NCBI RefSeq assembly: GCF_006345805.1
Contig: NC_043012.1
Location: 930,001-994,000, forward strand
Direction of reading: 5' to 3'
DNA: 64,000 bases
From: Octopus sinensis
Taxonomy: Eukaryota
Every line of letters starts with the position of its first letter. The stretch's first letter is position 1. Below are positions 25,861 to 39,463 of the stretch, one piece after another. Under the pieces are notes generated by a model. It made no database searches and had not been told where the DNA came from. It was given only the letters and a program-made list of their open reading frames with translations. The position numbers and the translations under genes were made by a program.

Positions 25861-26010
25861 ACAATTGCAGTGTGGAAGGTGTTTGTAAGCCATTTAAGAA
25901 ACACACAAAAGCCGTTCTATTCACTTCAACATTTAAGTTTAATTTGTCAAAATATTTTCGTCGCTATAAGACCGCTACCTGTTCACTGCTATGCAAGTAC
26001 ATCTCCGGGA
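25861..26010 (-). mobile_element. Small TA-flanked element with a degenerate hammerhead-like fold (Penelope-like?)
   Basis: Minus strand: CAGTGA-ACAG-GTAGC...GCGAC-GAAA-ATAT-TTTGAC. Confidence 0.35.
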
Positions 26011-26662
26011 TATATATATATATATATATATATATGTGTATATATATATATAGATTATATATATTTATTCTATATATATATATATATATATGTGTATATA
26101 TATATATATTTATTATATGCATATATATATATATATATATACATAATTATTTATGCAGGTATGTATATGTGTATATATCCTCATCAGCATCTGACATCTG
26201 TTGTCCATGTTGGCACATGAGTGTGTGTTTGTGTGTGTGCTTGTCAGTGTGTATGTGTGTTTGTATTATATTGTAAAGTCTGTAAAGAGTTTCCATTAAA
26301 TAGTCTCCCAGATTGACCAATTATGATCACTGCCAACTTGTTTTTAACATAATGTACTGACTGACATAGAAACACATAGTCCGGAAAAAAAAAAAAACAA
26401 TCACTGTATTAAACATACCACCTACAGCAACAACAACAGCTACAACCTCAGCAATAACAATAGCAATAACAACTCTACCCCCTCCCCAACAGCAGTAACA
26501 ACAACAACAACAACAACAACATCAAGAGTAATAGGATCATCACAGACATAATAAAAAGACTGTGAAGCCACCACCGTCACCGCCACTACCATGAGTGACA
26601 ACCACCACCACCTTCATGCCAACATCATCTCCACTACCACTGCAATCACCTCCACCATCACC

Positions 26663-26694
<32 letters not shown>

Positions 26695-26835
26695 CAACAA
26701 CACCATCATCACCACCAACTACAGCAACATCAACAACACTAACAGCAAATGCAAGAATACCATCACTGAAACCAACAATGCTAGCAATAACAACATTCCC
26801 ATCCAGCCATGACCACCAACTCTACTGCTGCTACC

Positions 26836-26867
<32 letters not shown>

Positions 26868-26979
26868 CAACAACCATAACAACAACAATAACAGCAACAC
26901 TAACACCAGCACCATAAATGTTATCTTCACCACTACCTCTCCCTTCCCCCACCATCACCAACAACAGCGCCAGCACCAC

Positions 26980-27370
26980 AACTACCACCATCATCACCAC
27001 AACTACCACCATCACCACCACTTCTGCCACCACCATCACCCCCTACCATCACCACCACTACCACCATCACCACCATCACCCCTACCATCACCACCACTAC
27101 CACCATCACCACCATCACCACCACTACCACCATCACCACCACTTCTGCCACCACCATCACCACCATCACCCCTACCATCACCACCACTACCACCATCACC
27201 ACCACTTCTACCATCACCACTTCTGCCACCACCATCACCCCTACCATCACCACCACTACCACCATCACCACCACTTCTGCCATCACCACAACTACCACCA
27301 TCACCACCACTTCTGCCATCACCACAACTACCACCATCACCACCACTACTGCCATTACCAACACCAACAC
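26980..27370. repeat. (CAC/CAT/CTA)-derived minisatellite
   Basis: Recurring ccctaccatcaccaccactaccaccatcaccaccacttctg units. Confidence 0.85.
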
Positions 27371-27992
27371 CACTAACACCCAAAGGAATTCCACCCCCCC
27401 TCTCTAACACCTGGTATTATTTTGTCTTTGCACTTCCTATTTTTCGCTCCCAACTTCCACCTTGTGTCTTTCCTTCTCTCTCTTCTTCCCTCGTTAAATG
27501 CACCATGCATTGTTGTTTTAATTACAACGTGGCTAAACAATAATTACAGAAGAAATAATTAGTGTTTTTTCTATCTTTCCTGTCTTCCTGTTTACCTATG
27601 TAACTCAGAGAGAAATTTTGAGTGCCAGATCCATAGAAGAGGGTCAGTAGTTCAAATCTCAGCTGTGACACTGTATTGTTTGTTAAAAGCTAAAAATATA
27701 TTTGAAACATGATCCAATGATGGATCCACCATGTGGTCATTAGACCTGCTAGAAATTACAAATAAATAACCCCTCATATCTCTCCGGCATGTTTTCTTTT
27801 TTTGTTTTACTCTAGGCACAAGGCCTGAAATTTTGGGGGAGGAGGTCAGTCGATTAGATCAACCCCAGTATGAAACTGGTACTTATTTTATCAACTCTGA
27901 AAGGATGCAAGACAACGTCGACCTCAGTGGAATTTGTACTCAGAATGTTACAAATAAAATGTAGAATAAGATATAATTTAAATAATTTTTTT

Positions 27993-28292
27993 TAGGAGTG
28001 GCTGTGTGGTAAGTAGCTTGCTTACCAACCACATAGTTCCGGGTTCAGTCCCACTGTGTCGCACCTTGGGCAAGTGTCTTTTACCATAGTCTCAGGCCAA
28101 CCAAAGCCTTGTGCGTGGATTTGGTAGTTGGAAACTGAAAGAAGCCCGTCATATATATAGATGCGTGCTGCCCCACCATCACTTGACAACCAATGCTGGT
28201 GTCCCCGTAACTTCGCAGTCTAGCAAAAGAGACTGAAAGGATAAGTACTAGGTTTACAAAGAATAAATCCTGGGATCGATTTGCTCGACTAA
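27993..28292 (+). mobile_element. SINE family A (3'-truncated); SINE B fragment upstream at 27800-27950 (-)
   Basis: AGGAGTGGCTGTGTGGTAAGTAGCTTG...GATTTGCTCGACTAAA. Confidence 0.85.
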
Positions 28293-28389
28293 ATGGTTAA
28301 TGGGTTTATGTTTGATAGACTGAGGAATTATCTATATATATGACGGGCTTCTTTCAGGCGTAAAGAAGATGAATGATGGAAAAATCTAA

Positions 28390-29892
28390 TAAAGGTAAAC
28401 AATAGGACAGATCTGTAAAAAGGGAAACAGAAAAGAAGTTAACAGATGAAATGAAGATAAACAATGAACTAAATATAAAGGTGAACAGTGCACCAGATGT
28501 AGTGAAGATTAACAAGGGAACAGATTGAGTGAAGGTAAACAAAGGAAGAGATGTGGATAAGGTGAACAAGAGAATGATGTATTGAAGGTGAACACTGGAT
28601 AGATGAAATGAAAGTGAACAAGGTTACAGATATAATGGAATTAAACAAGCGAACAGATTTAGTGAAGGTGAACAAAGGAACAGATGTAAATAAGGTGAAC
28701 AAGAGAATAATGTATTGAAGGTGAACACTGGATAGATGAAATGGATGTGAACAAGGTTACAGATATAATGGAATTAAACAAGTGAACAGATTTAGTGAAG
28801 GTGAACAAAGGAACAGATGTAAATAAGGTGAACAAGAGAATAATGTATTGAAGGTGAACACTGGATAGATGAAATGAAAGTGAACAAGGTTACAGATATA
28901 GTAGAATTAAACAAGTGAACAGATTTAGTGAAGTGAACAAAGGAACAGATGTAAATAAGGTGAACAAGAGAATAATGTATTGAAGGTGAACACTGGATAG
29001 ATGAAATGAAAGTGAACAAGGTTACAGATATAGTAGAATTAAACAAGCAAGCATATTTAGTGAAGGTGAACAAAGGAACAGACTTAAATAAGGTGAACAA
29101 GAGAATGAGGTATTGAAGGTGAACACTGGATAGATGAAATGAAAGTGAACAAGGTTACAGATATAGTAGAATTAAACAAGCAAGCAGATTTAGTGAAGGT
29201 GAACAAAGGAACAGACTTAAATAAGGTGAACAAGAGAATGAGGTATTGAAGGTGAACACTGGATAGATGAAATGAAAGTGAACAAGGTTACAGATATAAT
29301 GGAATTAAACAAGCGAACAGATTTAGTGAAGGTGAACAAAGGAACAGATGTGAATAAGGTGAACAAGAGAATGATGTATTGAAAGTGAACACTGGATAGA
29401 TGAAATGGATGTGAACAAGGTTACAGATATAGTAGAATTAAACAAGCGAACAGATTTAGTGAAGGTGAACAAAGGAACAAACTTAAATAAGGTGAACAAG
29501 AGAATGAGGTATTGAAGGTGAACACTGGATAGATGAAACAAAAGGGAACAAGGTTACAGATATAATGGAATTAAACAAGCGAACAGATTTAGTGAAGGTA
29601 AACAAAGGAACAGATGTGAATAAGGTGAACAAGAGAATGATGTATTGAAGGTGAACACTGGATAGATGAAATGAAAGTGAACAAGGTTACAGATATAATG
29701 GAATTAAACAAGTGAACAGATTGAGTGAAGGTAAACAAATGAACAGATGTGAATAAGGTGAACAAGAGAATAATGTATTGAAGGTGAACACTGGATAGAT
29801 GAAATGAAAGTGAACAAGGTTACAGATATAATGGAATTAAACAAGTGAACAAATTTAGTGAAGGTGAACAAAGGAAATGAAAGTGAACAAGG
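28390..29892. repeat. 133-bp higher-order satellite (5 x 26-27-bp monomers), ~10 units, with a monomeric left flank
   Basis: Marker CTGGATAGATG at 28595, 28728, 28861, 28993, 29126, 29259, 29392, 29525, 29658, 29791. Confidence 0.95.
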
Positions 29893-30329
29893 GTTTAAAG
29901 AAAGTAGACTGGTTTGACAGTTGTTTATACATTTAGTTCTGTCACACCTGAGGTATTAAAGGTGAAGTCCAAGATGTTGCTAAGCTAAGTACATCGGCAA
30001 CACATGATCTATTGTTTACGTACAGAGGAGGAAAGAGGAGGAAGAAGGGAATGCCAACAACAGTAACAACAGCAACAACAATACTGATTGTAACAAGGAA
30101 ATTATAGTGTGGGTGTGGGGTATCAATCAATAGGTTGATATTGTAGTTTTCTTGACCAATGCTTATTGTAATTTATTAGCACCTTTTATATTGAGCAAGA
30201 GCCACCCCCCACCTCACTTTCCCTTTATGTGTAATTTTTAAATATTTTTTGGTATATTTTGTTGTTGGGTTACCTTAATTTCCTTAATGCAAATACACTT
30301 CAGAGCAAATTATAATTGTTGTTCATCTC

Positions 30330-30520
30330 TTTACTTTTTTACTCTTCTACTTGTTTCAAGTCATTTGACTGCGGCCATGCTGGAGCACCACCTTTAGTCG
30401 AACAAATTGACCCCAGGACTTGTTCTTTGTAAGCTTAGTATTTATTCTATCGGTCTCCTTTGCCGACCCACTAAGTTACAGGGATGTAAACACACCAACA
30501 TCTGTTGTCAAGTGATGTTT
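30330..30520 (-). mobile_element. SINE family A, 3' half
   Basis: TACTTGTTTCAAGTCATTTGACTGCGGCCATGCTGGAGCACC... Confidence 0.85.
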
Positions 30521-30658
30521 CAGCATCTAGCGTGTCTTCCAGTCCTATATAATCTTAACAAAAGATGAAGTAGACTGATATGTAATTTTTTAACCTGTGG
30601 AAGGCATGCAAGATGCTGAAATATCGTTCAACCAATTTCACATGATAACTATGGCACT

Positions 30659-30694
<36 letters not shown>

Positions 30695-32293
30695 TAATAA
30701 TAATAATAATAATAATAATATTAATAATAACAATAATAATAATAACAATAATAGTCTATACTATAATAAAACATGTTGCATATTAATTAGTTGGAATTAT
30801 GTAGCTTTGATTAAAAGAAAGAAATGATTAAAGTCTACAATATCAAGGAAATGCATATAAATTTCAATTTCAATACCTTTTTATCAAAATAAGGTTTTCA
30901 AACTTCTTTTATTATTGGAGATTCATGCATAAATTTCATTCATTAAATAAATTCATTCACTGTGATAAACTTCAAACATAATTTTTATTTACTGGGACAT
31001 GCTTCTCTTTCTCTTTCTCCTTTTCTCTCTCCTTCCGCACTCTCTCTTTCTCTCTCTCTCTCTCTCACTTACTCCGTATTGCTGTATTTAATTGTTTTCA
31101 TTAAAAATAAGTGATTACAAAATTTTTCTTTGAGACATTTTTGAGAATATTTTCAAAATATATGTATATATCACATCAAAATTGCTTAAAAGTTTTATTT
31201 AATCATAGACAAACATATCAACCATTCTATTTTGAATAATGGAAGCCTGAGATTATTCTTTGTCTAAACCAAATTTGCTTTATTTTTAGATTATAAAATG
31301 ATGTTTGATTTTCGTTTTTCAACACTTTATTCCCTTAGGTTTTCATTTATTTCATTCTCTTTCAGCAACTGTGTTCATAATTCTTACCTTATCATTTCAT
31401 AATTCTACTTTTTGTATTTCCCTCCTTCACACTCTATCACATTCATTTTCTTTCCTTACAATACAGTCTCTCTCTCTCTCCATCTCTCTCTCCTTTGCAC
31501 TCTACCACCTTTTGCTTAGTTGTTTTCTATTGAAGTAAGTTTATTACAAAGTTTTTACCTTGAGATAATGTGAGAATATTTGTGAAAGGTTTAAACACTC
31601 TATCTATCAAATCAAAATTACGATCTTTTTATCCTATTTTTTTTTCTTTGCCACAAAAAAATGTGAAAATGTGGGATGAATGTAAGAAAACATCATTCAG
31701 AAGGAAGTTATTTCATTGCATGTGTGTGCGTATGTGTGTGTGTGTCTGTGTGTCTGTGTGTGTGTGTGTATGTGTGGTGTGTGTGTGTGCATCTATATAT
31801 GCATGTATGTATGTATGTATGTATGTATGTATGTATATATGTGTATGCGTGTGTGTGTGTGTGTGTGTGTGTGTTCAGCATCCCACCCATAAGAAATCGA
31901 TGCTAGATGGGTCGAAACAATTGTAGTGATCAATAAACTTCCTCTTATCTTCCATCTTCCATCTCTCTCATTAATCAAATATATATAGATGTATATCTAT
32001 GTGTACATATATCCATATATTTATAATGTGTGTATGTATGTAGATATATATATATATATATATATATATAAATGTGTGTATGTGTGTATATATATATACA
32101 TGTATATACATATGTGTATATATATATTATATATACATGTGTGTATATGCACACGCATACACATACACACATACACACATACACACACACATGTATATTG
32201 ACAAAAATACACACCATGGTAGTTTCCTGCATGCAAGCGTGACATATCCTTGCAGACAACCACCTGGTGAGTGGGGTGGTGTTTCCGCAAATG

Positions 32294-32346
<53 letters not shown>

Positions 32347-32717
32347 CACAACAACAACAACAACAATAATAAATGATAATAATCGCTTCAAATTTTGGTA
32401 CAAGGCCAGCAATTTTAGAAAGAGTGGTAGAGAAGGAATTTTCAATTACATCAACCTCTGTACTTGACTGGTACTTTATTTTATCGGCTTATCCCCACCA
32501 CCAAAAAAATAATAATAATAATACTAATAATAATAATTTTTTGTATTTAAAAAAATTTTTTTTTATTATGTATTAGACATTCATTAGTACAAACACCCGC
32601 AACAACCCCAAATATGGCACTAGGCATAACAACAACGTGAACTTCCAACCTGTGTCTTTGAGGTCTCTGGGTGAGACTTGAGCCACTGTACAGACATAAA
32701 GCAAAAGTCAAACATAG

Positions 32718-32787
<70 letters not shown>

Positions 32788-33174
32788 CCCAAAGTTGAAT
32801 TTGGCAGACATTGAACTCCACATGCAAAGAGACAGAAAGGAGAAAAGCTTCAAAGCCAATTTACCATTCCCAATAATGGTTGTAACATAAGCACAAGGCG
32901 GCCAAATGAAATGAGGAGAAGAGTGTGTGTGCGTGCGTGTGTGCAGCGGGAGGGGGAGGGTGTACTCGATGAATTAAAGTACTGCACTTGGAGGTACTTC
33001 ATCTTTCATCCTGTAGGTGGGAGGATTGATAAGACACAATCGAGCTCGACAGGAATTCAACTTTGAAGGAAGAAAAGCTAAAACGCATGGAAGCATTTCA
33101 TTCCGACATTGATAATACCGATTTCTTTGGTTTTCATGACAATCTTTCCTGGTTAATTCCATATTCCATATTCC

Positions 33175-33183
33175 ATAATAATA

Positions 33184-33216
<33 letters not shown>

Positions 33217-33243
33217 TAAGAGTAATAATAATAATGATAATAA

Positions 33244-33274
<31 letters not shown>

Positions 33275-33326
33275 TATGATGATGATGATGATGATGATGA
33301 TAATAATAATAATAATAATAATAATG

Positions 33327-33375
<49 letters not shown>

Positions 33376-33386
33376 CGATAATAATG

Positions 33387-33433
<47 letters not shown>

Positions 33434-33491
33434 TATAATAATTATAATAATAATAATAATTTTAATAATAATGATAATAATAATAATAATA

Positions 33492-33528
<37 letters not shown>

Positions 33529-33530
33529 AT
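33175..33530. repeat. (AAT)n microsatellite switching to (ATT)n near 33493
   Basis: Direct inspection. Confidence 0.95.
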
Positions 33531-34261
33531 AATAACAAATTTTTGATAGCAATTGTATGACTGACATTCTGGCTTGCATTGAAAGACAAAACAATAACAA
33601 TACAACACTCTGCAATTGCACATGAACATAATTATCTACCAAGATTCTTTAAATGGAATTATATTTTTATATTCTGGTATTAACTGATTTGCAATCAGTC
33701 TTTGTAAAATTGTAAAGAAATTCAGAAAAGATATTCCAGAAGTCTTCTGACATCTAAAAGCATCGACGGAAATTTTGTGGAATAGCTGCAGATTAAATTT
33801 ATTTTAAACAGCACAATTCAATCTCTAGATGCACAGTAGCTTTTCTGTTCAGTGCACAATGTGTGTGCAGCAGGTTTTTAAATACTTGGTGGTATCTATT
33901 TTTTGTTTTTGCAACGAAGAATTCTCTTCTTTCATTTGTTGTATTTTTATACCAACTTTGTTTCCATCGGTGCTTGTTTTTGGTTTTTTGTGAAAGTTAA
34001 TCTGTATATGTTTATGAGCATAAATAAGTGTATACATATGCATATATACATGCTTGCATGTATGTCTCTATGCAGGTTTTTGTATATGCACAATATATGT
34101 CTATATATGTACAGTTTTTGTGTATATTTCTTTCTCTCCCTTTCTCTTTCTTTCTTTTGCTCTCTCCCCATTTTCTCCATTTCCACCTCTCTCTGTGTAT
34201 ATGCATTTATGTCTACATGTGTGTATATAATATGAATGTGTTAATGTATAATTATAAACAT

Positions 34262-34705
34262 AGGCGCAGGAGTGGCTGTGTGGTAAGTAGCTTGCTTACC
34301 AACCACATGGTTCCAGGTTCAGTCCTACTGCATGGCACCTTGGGGAAGTGTCTTCTACTACCGCTTCGGGCCAACCAAAGCCTTGTGAGAGGATTTGGTA
34401 GACAGAAACTGGAAGAAGCCCCGTCTATATATGTATATATATATATATTATATTATATATATGTATGTATATATAGATATATGTATGTATATGTTTGTGT
34501 GTCTGTGTTTGTTCCCACCAACACCTGTGACAACTGATGCTGGTGTGTTTACATCCACGTAACTTAGTGGTTCGGCAGAGAGAGAGACGATAGAATAAGT
34601 ACTAGGCTCACAAAGAATAAGTCCTGGGGTCGATTTGCTCGACTAAAGGCGGTGCTCCAGCATGGCCGCAGTCAAATGATTGAAACAAATAACAAAATAA
34701 AAAGA
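34262..34705 (+). mobile_element. SINE family A, full length
   Basis: GGCGCAGGAGTGGCTGTGTGG head through CAGTCAAATGATTGAAACAA tail. Confidence 0.9.
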
Positions 34706-34717
34706 ATATATACATAT

Positions 34718-34953
34718 TATTCTGTTGTGTCTGGGGAGAATCATTCTCTTTTAGTGCCTTATTATTTAACACACTTACTGATAAAATTTCCACTTATTTC
34801 TTTCATTTTCTAAAATTTTCGTTGCGTCTTGCAACCTTTTCAATAGTTTTGGCTATTGAAAAAGTTGCAAGACGCAACAAAAATTTTAGACGGTGAGTGT
34901 GTTAAATAATAAGGCACTAAAAGAGAATGACTCTCCCCAGACACAACAGAATA
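34718..34953. repeat. ~236-bp near-perfect foldback (palindromic element)
   Basis: Outer ~62-bp arms TATTCTGTTGTGTCTGGGGAG... / ...CTCCCCAGACACAACAGAATA; inner ~38-bp arms around loop TTTTGG; ~28-nt bulge on the left arm. Confidence 0.92.
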
Positions 34954-35369
34954 TGCTTCAACACACGAACTCATATAAAGAATCTTGAAAACCAAGTCCA
35001 AAAACGAAATGCATATTATTGTTAGGCACATTTGTAAAGTTATACCTATCTTTTATTTTAACTGTGTGTGTGTATTTGTTTGGGTTTATTCCCAGTGCAT
35101 GGCTCCAAAGTGCCATGCATTAGGACTTTGGTCAGTCTTTTAATATAGCCCCAGGCCAACAAAGGTCTCATGAGTGAATTTAGTAGACAGAAATTGAAAG
35201 AAATGCATACATACATACATACAGACAATGCTAATAGCAATAATAAACATGAAACTTATTGCAACGGTCCTCAAGATTTTCCATATTCTGTAAAAGAACT
35301 CAGAGGATTGGTTCTCCAGCCAAACATTTTTTGATACCCTTTAAGCCAGGAACTTTTTGGCACCCCATC

Positions 35370-35420
<51 letters not shown>

Positions 35421-35423
<3 letters not shown>

Positions 35424-35640
35424 AGAATTCATGAAAAAACAAAAGTCGAAGACAGGTGGTATATAAAACTAACAGATGTTTTAGTATAACGCTTAGGAAT
35501 TGAAAAAGTCTTTTATGTTTCGAGCCTATGCTCTTCTACAGAAAGGGACACAGAAAAAAACCAGGGAGAGAAAAAAACCAAGGAGAGAAAAAAAGGAGAC
35601 AAAAAGAAAAGGGTAGTGGCTACCGATCTATCATGGCAGT
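35421..35640 (-). mobile_element. Penelope-like terminal fragment with hammerhead-like motif (35510-35545)
   Basis: Minus strand: CTTT-CTGTAGA-A-GAGC-ATAG-GCTC-GAAA-CAT-A-AAAG; inverted partner at 35960-36120. Confidence 0.6.
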
Positions 35641-35829
35641 ATGTATGTATGTATGAATATATATTCTTTTATTCTTTTACTTGTTTCAGTCATTTGACTG
35701 CGGCCACACTGGAGCACCACTTTTAGTCGAATCAAATCGACCCCAGGACCTATGCTTTGTAAGATTAGTACTTATTCTAACAGTCTCTTTTGCTGAACCT
35801 CTAAGTTTACACACAGCCACTCCTGCACC

Positions 35830-35884
<55 letters not shown>

Positions 35885-35912
35885 TATATTATATCTATAT
35901 ATTGTATATATG

Positions 35913-35946
<34 letters not shown>

Positions 35947-35959
35947 TGTATATATATAT

Positions 35960-36120
35960 TTTCTCTCCTTTTCTTCTCTCCTTGTTTTTTCTGTATCCCT
36001 TTCTGCAGAAGAGCGTAGGCTCGAAACGTAAAAGACTTTTTCTATTCCTGAGCGTTATACTAATACATCGTTTGTTTTGTACACCACCTATCTTCGTCTT
36101 TGTTTTTTGCATAAACTCTC
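35960..36120 (+). mobile_element. Penelope-like terminal fragment with hammerhead-like motif (35999-36034)
   Basis: CTTT-CTGCAGA-A-GAGC-GTAG-GCTC-GAAA-CGT-A-AAAG. Confidence 0.6.
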
Positions 36121-36168
36121 TATATATATATATATATATATATACATATACATAAATATCTATATTAT

Positions 36169-36258
<90 letters not shown>

Positions 36259-36264
36259 AATATC

Positions 36265-36301
<37 letters not shown>

Positions 36302-36541
36302 TCCTACACACATGTTCAGCATATGTGCACACACACATAGACACTCAGAGACATGTATACTCATATACACATATTTATATATATCATGAGAAGAAGAGAG
36401 CGATGTATGTTTGCTTTCATATATGACGTTCGGTGTAAACAAGTATCCATATATAACACACAATACATACTCGCACATGTGTGTATGTGTGCATATTTGT
36501 GTATGTGCTAGTGTGTACATGCTTGTTCACATGTGTGTGTA

Positions 36542-36581
<40 letters not shown>

Positions 36582-36975
36582 TGTGATGATGTAACAATTA
36601 TCCAATCATATTACTCGCTATTGATACCCAGCTATCAACAGACAGGAAAGCTTTTAGAGAAATTAAATAATTAGATCGTTCTTTCTTTTTGAATTACTAC
36701 CTGTCTGTCTGTCAGCCTGTCCGTCCGTTTGTCCGTGTGTATGTGTGTGTTGTGTGTGTGTGTGTATCTGTGTGTGTGTGTATGAAATCAAGAGAGTATA
36801 GACTTTTATAGTTATATGTGTGCCATTGTTTGTATTTGTGTATGTATGTGTGTGTTTGTGTCCTTGGGCTTTTGTGTAAATGTGTACATGTGTATGTGGG
36901 CATAGGAGTGTGCCTCTGTGTATGCATACATATATATATACATATATACACATATCTATCTGTGTGTATATATAT

Positions 36976-37016
<41 letters not shown>

Positions 37017-37107
37017 ACATACATACATATATATATATATATACACATATATATATACATACACACATACATATATACACATATCTATCTGTGTGTATAT
37101 ATATATA

Positions 37108-37139
<32 letters not shown>

Positions 37140-37760
37140 TATCATATATATAATACATACACACATACATATATACACATATCTATGTATGTGTATATAT
37201 ACACACACACATACACATAGATATATACATACAAAGGATGGAGATAAGGAGGTAATGTGTTTTACGTGTGTGTGTGTGTGCATATGTGTGTCTCTGTGTG
37301 TACTTGTCTGCATCCTGTATGTATGTTCAAATATGTGTATGCCTGTGTGTATCATAGGAATATATATCTATATGTATATGTATATGTATGTGTATGCATG
37401 CACTTATATGTATGTATCTATATATGTGTATGTATGGGTACACATGTACTTCTCTGTATGCGTATGTATGTGTGAATATGTATATCTCTATGCATATGTA
37501 TGTCTATGCATTTACATACATGTAGACATCTGTATATGTGTGTGTGTAGGTATGTGTGTGAATGTATGTGCGGATTGGTAGGCTAGATTTAGCATCAAAT
37601 GAAAGAAGAATTTGTTTTCAATGAAGTAAATTCCCAGAAGGTTGTCACCTATGTTAAGCAATCAAATTCAACAGTGAACAGTAGAGTTATAAGTTCAATC
37701 CCATTCCTCATTCTATTCTATACACACACATATATACATATACATATATATATATATGTA

Positions 37761-37809
<49 letters not shown>

Positions 37810-38114
37810 TATATGCTAGCATGGAAAGCGGACGTTAAATGATGATGATGATGATGATGATGATGATATATATATAGCAATAATAAATCTCTGAACGAGA
37901 TGTAAACAGTAACCGCTTGACAACGTAAAGTATAATAGCCATCTCAATATGGCTAACCACTAAGGGTGGGTGTTACTGTAGCTTTTAGCCCCAGGAGATC
38001 ATCGTCTCCAGCTGGCTTTAGGGCACACTTTCTGTGCCCTTATGATATTTGCAAAGGGAGGTCATCCCTCTCTTGTAAACCTAAGTGATATGCATGGACT
38101 GCATACCTCGAAAC

Positions 38115-38326
38115 CTTTTCTTCTAGACGCAAAAAGCTTCGGATTGGTGGGGAGGGGGTAAGTCGATTACATTGATTCTAGGGTTTCACTGGAACTTAAT
38201 CTATTGACCCCGAAGGGATGAAAGGCAAAGACGACCTCGGTGGAATTTGAACTCAGAACGTAGCAACAGACAAAATGCCATTAAGTATTTTGCCCGGCAT
38301 GCTACTGGTTTTGCCAGTTCACTGCC

Positions 38327-38327
<1 letters not shown>
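38115..38327 (-). mobile_element. SINE family B
   Basis: GACCCCGAAGGGATGAAAGGCAAAGACGACCTCGGTGGAATTTGAACTCAGAACG...TGCCAGTTCACTGCC. Confidence 0.85.
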
Positions 38328-38362
<35 letters not shown>

Positions 38363-38396
38363 TAATAATAATTAATAATAATAATATATAATGATG

Positions 38397-38489
<93 letters not shown>

Positions 38490-38502
38490 TTTAATAATAA
38501 TT

Positions 38503-38760
38503 AATTCTTTTATAGGCCACAAGGGCTGACAAAAATTAATTATAACATAAAGGGACAAAACACAGGACGAAGGTTACAAAGGGTTTTGTCCTGTGGAAAA
38601 ATCCGTATAAAAACAGTGTAACAACGAAAAATTATAACAATGTAAAACTCCCAATAGGGGGAGGCACTTCGAAAGGTTCTTGGGGGAAAAACCCATAAAA
38701 GCCATGGGAGCCTGGTCAAAAGGGGGGGGGGTAGAGAACCCCTTTCTCCTTTTGTAATAC
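38503..38760 (-). mobile_element. LINE-like 3' UTR abutting (TAA)n (possible microsatellite-associated LINE)
   Basis: Minus-strand end ...TTGTCCC...CAGCCCTTGTGGCCTATAAAAGAA, similar to 45548-45761 and to the SINE B long tail. Confidence 0.5.
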
Positions 38761-38932
38761 CTTTTTCTTACAGGTGTATCCTCAGAATGGCTCCTTTCAC
38801 ACTGGCCATTCTTGCGACATTTATCCATCTTTCAGTAAACTTGCTATTGGACAGCACTTCCCTCTCTACTCTCACCTTCCTTTTCAAGTGAAACTTGAAA
38901 AAGTTGATGAGGCCTGGGCCAAAGAGGAAAGT

Positions 38933-38972
<40 letters not shown>

Positions 38973-39223
38973 TGGTGGAGATAACGATAGCTTTTTAGCT
39001 TTTACTTGGTTCAGTTGTTTGAGTGCAGCCATGCTGGGGCAATGCCTTGAAGAAATTCTTGTCGAAAGAATCGACCCCAGCAATTAGTTTTTTTAAAATA
39101 TTTTTTAAGCCCGGTACGTATTCTGTTGGTGTCTCTTGCTGAACTGCTAAGTTATGGGGATGTAAACAAGCAGTGGAGCAGAGACAAACAGATACAAAGA
39201 CAGTCATATACACACACACACTC

Positions 39224-39254
<31 letters not shown>

Positions 39255-39271
39255 TGCACACACATACAAAC

Positions 39272-39306
<35 letters not shown>

Positions 39307-39463
39307 GTGTGTATATATATCCTCATATATATACGTCCACAGTTATACAAGTATATAAAGATGAATTAGGTACTTTAGTTGAAGCACTAAGTCAGTGCGG
39401 TATTGTCTGTACAACTCAAATGGGAATAATATCAAAATAAGCAACGGGGTATCAAGAAGTGAT

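Noticed and set aside
26809-27543. Extensin-like SPPLPP ORF, His-rich ORF and Gly-rich antisense ORF
   Set aside because: Several frames are open because of the CAC-type repeat; there is no unique coding sequence or splice context.
28530-29880. Coding repeat of 9-aa units (VKVNKGTDV-like) or CRISPR array
   Set aside because: 133 bp is not a multiple of three, frames hit stops, and there are no unique spacers.
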